Positions 42,671 to 56,100 of a DNA stretch of 64,000 nucleotides are shown in pieces. The notes under the pieces were generated by a model that was not told where the DNA came from, did no database searches, and was given only the letters and a program-made list of their open reading frames with translations. The DNA is from Octopus vulgaris (Eukaryota), in assembly GCA_951406725.2 (NCBI GenBank), contig OX597820.1, positions 79,670,001 to 79,734,000 on the forward strand, given 5' to 3'. Each line of letters begins with the position of its first letter. Position 1 is the first letter of the stretch. A program made the position numbers and the translations under genes.

Positions 42671-43375
42671 ATATATGCATATGCATATACGTACGTGTGT
42701 ATGTATGAATATATAGATGCGCATACTTATATAAATATAATATACTAATATAATACACAGACACACACGTATTGGTTGTTGACTTTAGGAAACATGGATT
42801 TTATTTCTAATACAATACTGAAAGGTTTAAATGTGTGTATGTATGTATGTATGTATGTATGTATGTATGTATGTGTGTGTGTATCTATATATACTTGTAT
42901 GTAGCTGTATATGTGTGTATGCGCGCGCACATCTGGGCGTATATCTGTGTGTGTATGAACTGCGATATTCATGCAAGAAAGCATTTCTAAAATTTTAATA
43001 ACTTAATAATGGCAAGTTTTTATGTAGAACTTTTTCTGTGAAATATTTGCATACATTTTATTATGCAATATCCATACGCCAGTTTTTCTGGTTTCTGTGA
43101 TGAATGAATATTTTAAAAGCCAATAGATAATTTTAATTTTTGAGACTTTAGAAAAATAATATTTTTATGCTTCATCATATATATTTCCATGTAATTCTAA
43201 ATTGATTTGTAACACATAAAACGGAGGAATATTTAACAGGTGTGTTTTATCTGTTGTGAGTTCTGGAGAAGACAATATCTCTTGTTCTGTTTGATGGTCT
43301 GATGGGAAATATGTCTGCTTTGCCCCAAAAGAGAGCAGGCAACAGTGCGTTGATCATGAGAAGAAAATGGATATA

Positions 43376-44245
<870 letters not shown>

Positions 44246-45086
44246 TCAAGGAGAAAAAGTTAAAAGATGCCGCATTAATTTAAGTCTTCTTACTCTATCT
44301 TCCTCGCTCTCGTTCTCTTTTTAACTTTCAGTTTATTCGTTTCGTTTCGTTGATATCACTCTCTATATTTCATAAACGCGATATCTGCAAACTTCCTTCT
44401 CATTCCTTTAAACTTTCACTTTCTTTTCTCTCTCTATTATTAATACCTCTAGGTTATTAACGATAACCTACATGACGCTGTCTCTCTTATATCACACAGC
44501 GCCTTCCCATACCTCACCACTACTCATAATTTCCTTTCTATATTTTACAAAATCCCTTCCCCTCCTCCTCTCTATAGCAAAGTTTTTTTCTATCAATTAT
44601 TGGTCTTCCATACATTATAAATTTGAAGATGAACTTTTTGCATGTGTATACTGGAGTTGAAAAATTCATATAACCATGATATTCTGTCGATCGTAAGAGC
44701 TAGCCTTCTATATCTGCATTGGTTTCTAAAATGTACAGTGGTACCATTCAATTTATAACATACATACCAATGCAGGCATATAGAATAATTTCCTAAACAC
44801 TAAAATAAATCATTTTGGCATGATGTTGGCTGCAATACGGCCATCATCCTATGGATATCAACTGGTGAAATAAATATATTCATCTCATACCTCCTGACTT
44901 ACGTTATAATCTATATACTTCTCATGAATTAATTTTCAATGATTGGTGGATATTCTAGATTTCATCTGCATAGGGCCCTACATTACGCTCCTAATGGTTT
45001 ACTATGAGGTATGTAGCTGGGTCCACGACAAGAGCTTTTTTGTGATTACCACTGGATTTATATAAATCCGTATCCTGTACATTAAA

Positions 45087-45130
<44 letters not shown>

Positions 45131-45384
45131 TATATAATAATAATATTAGGGAGTATAACTCCAAACTTACAGGGAAAAATTCAATTTAGTATTAAATCAA
45201 ATTTCACAGTATAAATATATAAATATAAAATATGAATTAGAGATAAAACCACTATTATGCAACTCGAACAGTGTATTAGTTTATGTCTATCACTGTTTAA
45301 GTTGCATAATAGTGGTTTTATCTCTAATTCATATTTTATATATATATATTCAGTGTCACATACAGAACCAATGTGTCGCTTTAC

Positions 45385-45700
45385 GTCTGGGAAAGATCCC
45401 TTAAAGGACGTATAGTGTTAAAAACACAGTATACTTCAGAGCTAGGCGAAACAGACCGTCACGGAACAGACGAGAGCGGGAAATGCCGGTAACGCAAATC
45501 TGAAAATAGTTTGTATACTATTTATATATACTTCAGGAAAACTATTTCGATTTTGTTTCGTACGCAGCGTTGGTAACCGACAAAATACTGTAAAATACCG
45601 GCATCTGCTGATTTCGTCCACTACCTGAATGATTTCGCTTCGCCTGGCTCTGAAGTGAACTGTTTTAAACACTATAAGTCTTTTAAGAGATTTTTCCGAT
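45385..45700. mobile_element. MITE-like element with ~65-bp imperfect TIRs
   Basis: TATAGTGTTAAAAACACAGTATACTTCAGAGCTAGGCGAA versus TTCGCCTGGCTCTGAAGTGAACTGTTTTAAACACTATA. Confidence 0.65.
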
Positions 45701-45809
45701 GGGAAAATCCGCAACATCCGGTGTTTAACAACATACATATGTCAAGTGCGTGATTCTGATAATGTTTACATTATTGAACTGCTTTAAACACAAGTTTTAT
45801 ATAACTTGC

Positions 45810-46092
45810 AGATGTCTTCTACTATCGCCTCGGGCCGACCTAAGCTTTGTGAGTGGATCTGGTAGACAGAAACCGAAAGAAGCCCTTCGAGTGTGTGTGT
45901 GTGTGTATATATGTTTGTTCCCCACCACTAGACACTCGATGTTGGTATGCTTGCGTCCCTGTGACTTAGCAGTCCGAAAACATATACTGATAAATACCAG
46001 AAAATAAATACTTTGGACTAAAAGAATTCTTTAAGGTGGTGCCCCAGCATGACCGCAGTCTAATTAATGTCTGAAACAAATAAAAGAAAAAA
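45810..46092 (+). mobile_element. Diverged SINE family B, 5' truncated
   Basis: Body and tail match. Confidence 0.7.
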
Positions 46093-47637
46093 AGTTCAGA
46101 AATATAACTGTAATCACGACGTTATGTAATGTAGGTTACGGATTACAATGGCTACGCTACAGAAAGTATAGAAACTGTATACATCGTTAATCTCGGCACG
46201 GACAGATAAATAAGGAGGTTATAATTTTCCTGTCGGGCTTGATGGTCATCCATCAAAAGATGATTTCAGTTGTCGTACTTAATGGTAATCGCTATTTAAA
46301 TTAGATAAAAACTAGAAGCTTGCTAAAATGGAGACAAAAATTTGTATGCTCTACAATATTAGCTGTTAGTTGAAATCTGATTGAAATATCAATTAAAGTA
46401 CAATTTTGGGGAGCTAGAATAGTATGTTCAGAAAGCTACTTATAGTTTCTGCCCATGAAGAAAATTTGTTGTGTTCTTTTCATAGACAAAAGAGTGAGTA
46501 GTGGTTATATTCCTGACAAGTGGCCAACAAGCCATGAAAACGGCGGCGTAATCTCCTTATTTTTCTGTGTCTGAAGAGAATAACACGATGTATTTACATG
46601 ATTTTTCGTGGCATAATTAATAATGTGTCAATTTATAATTTAGGATTTTACCTTATAAAATACTGAGTAGGGGGATACATTCGCTGCTATTTTTAGCGTG
46701 TTGAGTGACCAGGTAGAGGCTCTTTCATTGGTTTGATTGTGTGATGAGATTTTTTTACACATATATGTATAATATGCATATATATCATTGGCAGAAGTTA
46801 GAGAGTAAGTCAAAACCTGAGAGTTACCTATATTGGCACTTACCAAACACGAATTTGTCCATTGTCACTCAGTATCTTGTGACGAAATAACTTCTAAAAT
46901 ACAAAATTTTGTCAAAAACGTTAAGAGTAAACCCTGTTGTATGTGACACATTGTACCAGTATCGGAAGTTAGAAAGTGTTTAGTTAAAAAAAATTGATTA
47001 AATAATCTGTACGTCAAATTGAATAGATCCAAAATGGATAAAGAGCAAAGTCGACCTCGGCGGAATTTGAACTCAAAGTGTAAACACAGAGAAAATACTA
47101 CTAAGCATTTCACCGGGCGAATTAACGTCTCTGCCAGTTCAACGCTTTAGCAAGTGAGCATTCATTTTAGCAATATATTCTTTATAATTCTTATTGCTAA
47201 GCGTTACTTCCTTACTCTCTTACTGACACGAAATGTCGTGGCATTTCACCCCATAACTTTTCTTCTACTAAATTTTGTTCAATGTGACTAACGACTCTGA
47301 ATTCCTCATACATTTTCCTATCATTTAAGCTTAAGAAAAGTGTACTTTTATTTTAAAATTAAAAAAGTTTATGTTAAGTGAAGGTGAATAGGTGCCTTAC
47401 TGCCCCCTTTGAGGTCGGAGATATATATTGATGTAACTATTTTTCTACTGAACCTAATATCAAACTATTCATGCCAAAGTGTAGCTGAGGAGGTTTCATC
47501 TTTAAAACTGTTAACAGTTTGCAATTTAGTTGAGAACTGAATTAGTGGTGAAGCTTGGAAGCTGCTGCGATTGACGAATGGTGGACTTAAGAATATATTC
47601 AACCACTACCGTGGTTGAATATTTATAGCTATGTAGA

Positions 47638-47682
<45 letters not shown>

Positions 47683-48507
47683 TTTCGAGCATGAGTATGT
47701 ACATGGGTATGTATCTGTGCGAGCATATATGTGTACGTATGGGCCTGCTCTTAGAGGTGTGTGTGTTTGTGTGTGTGTGTGTGTGCCCGCACACGAGTGT
47801 GTTATATATTGCAAAGACATGTATACATACATATATGCACACATACAGATGCAGACACATACATTAATACATAAATATAAACAAAGAGACGTATGTACCC
47901 ATTACAGAAGTGCAAGTGTACCCTCGCATACACCCACGTCTTTAAAATAAACGTCTGGACTCATTCAAAGGAGCCTTGATATTTAGAAAAATGGTTTAAA
48001 CTCAGCAATAAAAAAAAAAATTTGTAAACAAAACATACATACCTACAGACACATGCACACACGTACATAATACATACGCACATACACACATACATATATT
48101 TATACATACATACATTCACATACACACATACGTACATAATACATACATACACACATACATATACACAAACATACACACACATACATAAATACATGCATAC
48201 ATATACACACATAATACACACATACACACATACATACATACATACATACATACATACATACATACATACATACATACATACATACATACATACATACATA
48301 CATACATACATACATACATACATACATACATAATACATACAGACATGCATACATACATACATACATACATACATACATAATTATTTATGGTGGGTTATTT
48401 AGAAGTTCCGTTAGCCTTTAAATGATATATAATAGCTTTATTTTATATTTTGTTGAAATTTTGTTGTTATTTATTATTAAGACTGTCGTGGCTGTTTATA
48501 TATGTAT

Positions 48508-49207
48508 GTGCAGGAGTGGCTGAGTGGTAAGTAGCTCGCTTACTAACCACATGGTTCCGGGTTCAGTCCTACTGCATGGTACCTTGGGCAAGTGTCTTCT
48601 ACTATAGCCTCGGGCCGACAAAAGCCTTGTGAGTGGATTTGGTTGACGGTAACTGAAAGAAGCCCGTAGTATATATGTATATATATGTGTGTGTGTGTGT
48701 GTGTATGTTTGTGCATCTGTGTTTGTCCCCTCTCCATCGCTTGAGAAACTTAGCGGTTCGTCAAAAAGAGTCCGGTAGAATAAGTACTAGGCTTACAAAG
48801 AATAAGTCATGGGGTCAATTTGTTCGACTAAAGGCGGTGCTCTAGCATGGCCACAGTCAAACTGAAACAAATAAAAGAATAAAAGAATATATACATTTTT
48901 ATTATATATATATATTTATATATACTCTTTTACTCTTACTTGTTTCAGTCATTTTGCCGAACCGCTAAGTTACGGGTACGTAAACACACCAACATCGGTT
49001 GTCAAGGGATGGTGGGGGACACAGACACACACATATATGTATAGACGACGGGATATTTTCAGTTTCCGTCTACCAAATCCATTCACAAGGCTTTGGTCGG
49101 CCCGAGGCTGTAGTAGAAGACACTTGTCCAAGGTGCTACGTAGAGGGACTGAACCTGGAACCATGTGGTTGGGAAGCAAGTATCTTACCACACAGCCACT
49201 CCAGCCT
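48508..49207. mobile_element. Tail-to-tail SINE family B pair (+ 48508-48888; - 48925-49207)
   Basis: Both copies match family B; they form an inverted pair about 40 bp apart. Confidence 0.85.
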
Positions 49208-49510
49208 ATGTACACATATACATAAGCATGCAGACTATACACACGCACTCACAATCTTTTATTTTTGCTTATTTGGACTGTGGCTATGCTGGAGCACAAC
49301 GAACCGTTTTAGCTGAACAAATCGACTACGTATTTTTCTTTTCAAATCTGGTATTAATTCTATTGGACGTGAACAAAGCGACATAGGTTGTTAATTGGTG
49401 GGTGAGCTGATAAACAAATACACACACGCACACAAAACACCCACCCACTCACACACACAGACACACACACACATCGATTTTCTCGCAGCTTGTTGATTAG
49501 TCACGAGTAG

Positions 49511-49541
<31 letters not shown>

Positions 49542-50028
49542 AATGCAAAGTAGTCACACATACATACGCAGATACACAGACACACACACAAGCACAGGCA
49601 CACACAGACACACACTCACAGACACACACAGACACAAACACACATACGCATGCACACACACACACACACACACGCACGCGCGCGCACACTCACACACACA
49701 TACAACACTGACACACGCACAGCACAGACGCACTGACACTCAAAACACACGCACGCGCATTTGCGTATCAAGATGAAAGGTGTACGCGTTTCAAGAGTGC
49801 AAGTACATCCCGATATGCAAAGAGGAAGCCATTCATTGAGACATCCAAATATACACATGAGTTTCTGTACATGTCTTGATAGAGACAAAGAAGCCTTCGT
49901 TGGAAGTGACTGGCTTATATTCTTCGACGTTAAATATATCTCGAGAAAAGCACGCACAAACACACACACACACACCTATACTTATATATATCATTGTACA
50001 TGAGCGCGTATCTCAATGTTTATGTATT

Positions 50029-50115
<87 letters not shown>

Positions 50116-50445
50116 TTACATACACAAAAATATACATAAATAGATGTATACGTATTTATATATCCGTGTCATCTCAAAGATAAATATACATGTGTGTATG
50201 AACTCATATATAAAGTTAACCTTCTATATATATATATATATCGGTTTCTGCACTGGCAAAAATACCCTTAACTTTTTCAGCACGAGTTACCATGATAGAG
50301 ACTCCCAGCCCGTTGTGTTGAAGTCTGCGCTGCGACTGATTCGTTCAGCGCCGTAATCATGGCAGCCACCAGTGTGAAAATAATTTTAATACGGAGCAAA
50401 TAATTCACGAAAAAAAAAATGTGTATGTATGTATGTATGTATGTT

Positions 50446-50997
50446 ATGTCAGGTCACTTTCGAGTGCTACTGGTAACATGTAACCCAGTACTACCTGTTG
50501 CATGGTCGGGTCGTCGGCGACTAAACCGGCAACCCCACCAAGCTTGCTTGGTGAGGAGGGTGTTTATTGGACACCCTGCGGGATGAAAAACAAAACCCGT
50601 CAAACGGCGGAGGAACTTTTGAGAGTCAACGGCTATCCAATAAATGTCTTAAGGCTGTATCATGCGCAGAGACATAGAAATAATCGGACTGAATACCCGA
50701 TCGCGCGGTTAAACCATTGGGAGTGAAGGACTCCTAACCTTTGTTAGGGCATCCTTCTAGGAGAACGTAACTCAGGTAACTGGGATAACTCCGACATAAA
50801 ACCTGCGGCTCAGTGGTTACCGATGATGTTGACTTGTTCTCCTTTTCGGATTATAGCTGCTGTTGCTTAGTGAGTGGGATTGACTCAGTGCATAGCCTTT
50901 CCTCACTTTAAAAAAAATCTTGCACAGGCATTGCACGATAACAACATTGATTAAGATCGTGCAATGGCCATACTCGATAACGAGGGGGCAGCCACTA
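50446..50997 (+). mobile_element. Structured non-autonomous RTE-like element between (TATG)n tracts
   Basis: GGGCATCCTTCTAGGAGAA..TAAAACCT resembles RTE 5' UTR motifs. GC-richer than surroundings, no long ORF, ends in (TATG)n. Confidence 0.55.
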
Positions 50998-51099
50998 TGT
51001 ATGTATGTATGTATGTATGTATGTATGTATGTATGTATGTATGTATGTATGTATGTATGTATGTATGTATGTATGTATGTATGTATGTATGCATGTATG

Positions 51100-51170
<71 letters not shown>

Positions 51171-51177
<7 letters not shown>

Positions 51178-51696
51178 TCGCCATACTTATATGGCAGTCT
51201 TATAAATATAAGACTAAAGCTGTCGCTGATTAGCTCCAAGAGGCCACCGCCTCAAGCTAGCTATTTGACACACAACCTGCGTTCATAATAAACCTTCGAA
51301 CAGGGGAGGTCAGTCGCTTCATCCTGCCAGTCAGACAGCTGCAGACATGTTTCAGGGTATTTGCCCTTTATCAATGCAGCGTAGTCAGACCCAGCAGGTG
51401 TCGCTACTGACTGTCCCTGTTCGAAGAATCTATTTACCTAGTTTCAGTGGAATATATCCACTTGTTTTCAATAATAGAAATATTAAAATTACTAAGTCTC
51501 TCTAAAGGAGATTACGGCAGCGTTACTGGAAATTAATAGTTATCGCCATACTTATATGGCAGTCTTATAAATATAAGACTAAAGCTGTCGCTGATTAGCT
51601 CCAAGAGGCTACCGCCTCAAGCTAGCTATTTGACACACAACCTGTGTCCATTATAAACTTTCGAACAGGGGAGGTCAGCCGTTCATCCTGCCAGTC
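51171..51696 (-). mobile_element. Penelope pLTR / retrozyme-like tandem unit (365-nt period, about 1.4 copies)
   Basis: 51171-51332 is repeated at 51536-51696; a hammerhead motif lies within the unit. Confidence 0.7.
51338..51380 (-). ncRNA. Minimal type I hammerhead ribozyme, U3-A8 variant
   Basis: Minus strand GCTGCA-TTGATAA-A-GGG-caaata-CCC-T-GAAA-C-AT-GTC-TGCAGC. Confidence 0.7.
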
Positions 51697-51843
51697 TTTC
51701 ACTCGATGTAGAATCTACATCGAGTGAAAGACGGGATGGACGCTTCGTTTTTGTGTTGGTGCCCCACTCTATCGTAGATTCTACGTCGAGTGAAAGACGG
51801 GATGGACGCTTCGTTTTTGTGTTGGTGCCCCGCTCTGTCGTAC
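51694..51843. repeat. 39-nt palindrome overlapping a 66-nt tandem duplication
   Basis: 19-bp perfect arms 51694-51712 / 51714-51732; units start at 51714 and 51780. Confidence 0.9.
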
Positions 51844-52374
51844 GCGACTATGAGGATTTGCATCCCCAACGTAAAACTTATAATGTAATACATGTCCTTG
51901 AAGTAGTAATTGTACGCGGCTGAAGAAGGCCATAGCCACACATTATGCATTGTTATAAAACCGTCTAATAAAGGCCCGAAACATATGTACGGCTGAATCC
52001 TTGGCATCATGTTTTTATTTTGATTAATATACTCTATCACCTACACCACTAAATGGTATATACAGGTGCTTACAATTATCAAGTATTCACTCTGAATTTA
52101 TATATATATATATAACACATCTATGAAATAGATAAATTTTTATATGTACACACTCACTCGGTAATGTTGCGAATAAAGGGTTCAACGTTGGTTCTATGTC
52201 AGCGTGTGTATATAAGAATTTTTTGCGTAATAAGATAAAAAACCCAAACTGTGTAGATATTAGAGCATTTATAGATATGTCTTACAGCTGTTTCTAGGAT
52301 ATTTAGATTATGCCTAACCGAAAACGATCACAATCACATCATCCAAACAGACCGGATGAAACCGGGCTTAGCTG

Positions 52375-52410
<36 letters not shown>

Positions 52411-52737
52411 TTATTTATTTAATTATATTTTCTATGACGGTCACACTGATGGTTTGCGGACATTTATGTATGTAAACATGTAAATGGTAACAATGAAACC
52501 TGGTATGTGACTAATCATTATATTTTGTATCTTTTCATTTGTCTTGCTTGCTTATGTTCTGATGTTTGCTGAATTTTCTTGAGAACAATGTTTTCTTAGT
52601 GATCATACTATAGGCCAAATGGGGTCTACATCTAGCATATTTGATGTCCACCTAGTAGTCATCCGTCTTATATATATATATATATATAAATTCTATCGTC
52701 GCTATTTTATTGATTTTATTGTTTGTATTTGTGTATA

Positions 52738-53156
52738 TGTATGTATGTCATTATTCAGTTTATTTCAAGATTTCTTGCCAATAGAGAAAGAACCGGTTTC
52801 GAACCTAGATCCAAGGCTCCATCATTGGAATTTCAACATCAGCAACAAGGTATTTTTGTTTGTTTGTGTGTATGTATGAATGTATGTATGTGCAGATTTG
52901 TATGTTTTATGTATGTATTCTCATGCATATAGTTGCATATCTTGACAGGCTCATTTATATTCAAATGATAAACTTCTGGAAAGTTTTACAGACTTTTACA
53001 GTTCCAGTGATGGACTGTATCTGTATTTTTCGAATTAGCCTTCGCCTTTCTGGTTTTGAGAAGCCTAATTTCTCAAGGTTGGTATTTAGGCAGTGTGTTG
53101 CGTATCTCAGGGCCCCAATAATTACAGGTATAAACCTGAACTTGTAATCTGGATAT
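52738..53156 (-). mobile_element. RLE-type non-LTR 3' end embedded in (TACA)n
   Basis: [36 protein letters not shown], followed by a 3' UTR ending GAATAATGACATACAT. Confidence 0.85.
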
Positions 53157-56100
53157 GTATGCATGTACGTACGTATGTATGTATATGTGTCTGCATACTT
53201 GTTTGTCCAATGATCCATCCATCCATCCATCCATCCATCCATCCATCCATCCATCCATCCATCCATCCATACATACATACATACATACATACATACATAC
53301 ATACATACATACATACATACATGCATGCATGCATGCATACATACATACATACATACATACATACATACATACATACATACATGAATACGTATATTCGTTA
53401 TTAGCGATGGAAGTAGTATTAGTTCAAAATAGCATTCTGCATATCTTACTTAACGTGGCTATATTGTTTGAAAGCCAGAAACCTGTGCTATTAGTCTCGA
53501 CAAAGTGTATAGTGTAGACTCATAGCACAAAGTAAGATATACAGAATGCTATTTTTAACTAGAATCGTTTCTGTCGCTAATAGCGAATTTCTGCCCAACC
53601 CATCCTCCATTTGTAACATCAGTGGCTTGATAGTCTCCGTTTCTCTAAATCAGTGGAGGATAAATTTGTCAAAGTATGCAGTTGCTGGTGGTTGATTGTT
53701 ACTGATGATGCTCAAAGAAGTAAAAATCTGGATGCAGCAATTCCATCGCCGTCGCTCGACACTTTTTATCTACTACTGATATACTTGTGTGCTATATATC
53801 TGCACGCGAGGTTTTCTCGAGGCGAATGCCGCAGTTTCCTGGCTTTCTACAGTATATCCACATTAAGTTATATATACTGAATAATATATACATACATACA
53901 CATATGTAGATATATTTGCGTGCATGCGCGTATATTTATGTGTATATCTGTATTTGCGCTTGTCCCCTACCACTGCTTGACCACCGGCGCTGGTTTGCTT
54001 ACGTTCCCATGATTAGTGGTTCGGCTAATAGAGTTCCTAATAGAGGCAACTATCTGAGCCCAGTCGATTGGGAAGGCGCCGCGGTGAGCATGGAAGCCGC
54101 GGACGCAAATCCGGATAAAGCCGGCTGCCGGTGTATTAACTTTATACACGGGCATTGCTGGCATTTTCAATAGCTAATCGTCAGTGATGGTCTTCCGCAG
54201 TCACGAGTGGACAGACATCATCATCGTCATCATATATATATATATATATCTATGTATGTATATGTGAGTGTGTGTACGCGCACGTATGTGCATTTAAGTA
54301 CGTATGTATGTATGTATGTATGTATGTATGTATGTATGTATGTATGTATGTATGTATGTATGTATGTATGTATGCATGTATGTATATATGTATGATTCCA
54401 GTTGTGTGACACGAAGTTAGAAAGTGACATTTTCTTATGAACAAATGCTTAGTTTACCAGATTTGTTTTTAGTAAACGCAGGAATATTGAATAAGATTCT
54501 GCATTGAATTCGAACTCAAGATGTATGAACTAGGGCTTGAATATCCTTATTTTTTCATCCATTTCAATAAAAGAATTTTGTTCTAGTAAGTGTTCACAAT
54601 AAACTCAAATATCTTTATATAAAACCGTTTCTAAGTTTAGCACTCGTTTCATATTTGTAAGTTTAACACAAGACTAATATTTGTTCAGTCGGCTGAGTTA
54701 ATTCTCGTATACTACGAGTATGTATTTTGTCTGTTATAAAAAAGATGAAAGGCAAAGCTAATTCCGGCGTGTTTTGAACTTAGAATATCGATAGTTATTA
54801 TTAAATACTTTTGAGAATAACTTATAATTTTTTTTTTTGCTGAGCTATATACCGAAATTCAATCAGTATCGTTCTGCAACTTTCTCCTCCTTTATTTAGT
54901 AACAATGGATAGAGAATAAATATTTATTTTATCCAAAGCATTAATGTGTTGAATAGAATCAGCTGTTCCGAGGTTTTACGATTAACATTATCTATCCAGG
55001 AGTATTCAACCATATTGAACATTTCCACAGAAATCTCTGTGCTACAAGTGAAACTAAGTTTATTTATCATTATTGGACAACAAACAGCAAGTCATTAATA
55101 TTTACTTCTAGCTGTCTTTTGCCATCATAGTTAATATGATGGTAACTAGTTTAATATATTAATCTCGTGATAAACAATAATTTAAATAAATCAACAAATC
55201 CGAATTATAACAATGAGACAAAAATAACTTTCAATATTATCAGAAAATATACAATCATAATTCTTCATTTTATCTTTCACGGAAATAATAAATAGATTTA
55301 AGAGTTAGAAATAAGATATAAAATTTATGTATTCTAATCATAAATCGGATACAATAAAGATATGTAAAAATAGGTCTTTATTATAACCGTCTATTTTTCT
55401 CTCGTTGGATGCCATTTCCTGTTAATATTTTACAATTCCAAGATTTTTAGTATTTCGGAATAAATATCTGTTGAGTGCTGTGAAATAACAGGTAAACTTT
55501 TCGGAGGTGGGGGAAGCGGCATGGTTTCAGTTCTTAGTCGGAACCGTTGCACTGCTTGTTGTATCCCAAGGAAGGGAGTCATTATACTAATAGTAAACAC
55601 ATGCATTGGTTTTGTCTTTTCGACCCCTCTCACATACATTCTCACCCACACTCATATAAACATGCAGAACCTGTAAAGTAGGAGACAAACAGACCCGAAG
55701 CAGACTTGGTTGGAGTAGAGAGGACATGTTATTGATGAGGTCGCGAACGGCGACGAAAGGGCTTTGACAAAGCCAACCGATTGATTGACTGAACGATTAA
55801 TCAAACAATAAATCATTGAAATGGTTAACTGGTTAGCCAATTAATTGATTAATAAGAATAAGAAGTAAAATAGAACTAGTAAGTGTGTTTATCGTTGTCA
55901 TAATGAACTTCTCAAAATACAAAGAAATATGTTTCAACACACGCGCTCACATCAAGAATCATGCAAACCAAATACGGAAACGAAATCAGTTCACTTTATT
56001 TAATCCGCTAATAATCATGGTGAGGTTGTGAATATCGTCACTTCTGATTTATTCTCACATTTCCGAAATTACCCGATATAGAACCTTTGCTCAAAAGAAA

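Noticed and set aside
45442-45738. 98-aa minus ORF
   Set aside because: Coincides with the MITE-like inverted-repeat element and has no protein features.
51714-51843. Mini CRISPR (66-nt period)
   Set aside because: Only two units, the whole unit is duplicated with no variable spacer, and the context is eukaryotic with no cas genes.
54040-54220. GC-rich structured block as an ncRNA gene
   Set aside because: Fused to a SINE B fragment and ends in (CAT)n like a retroelement tail; no recognisable RNA family.
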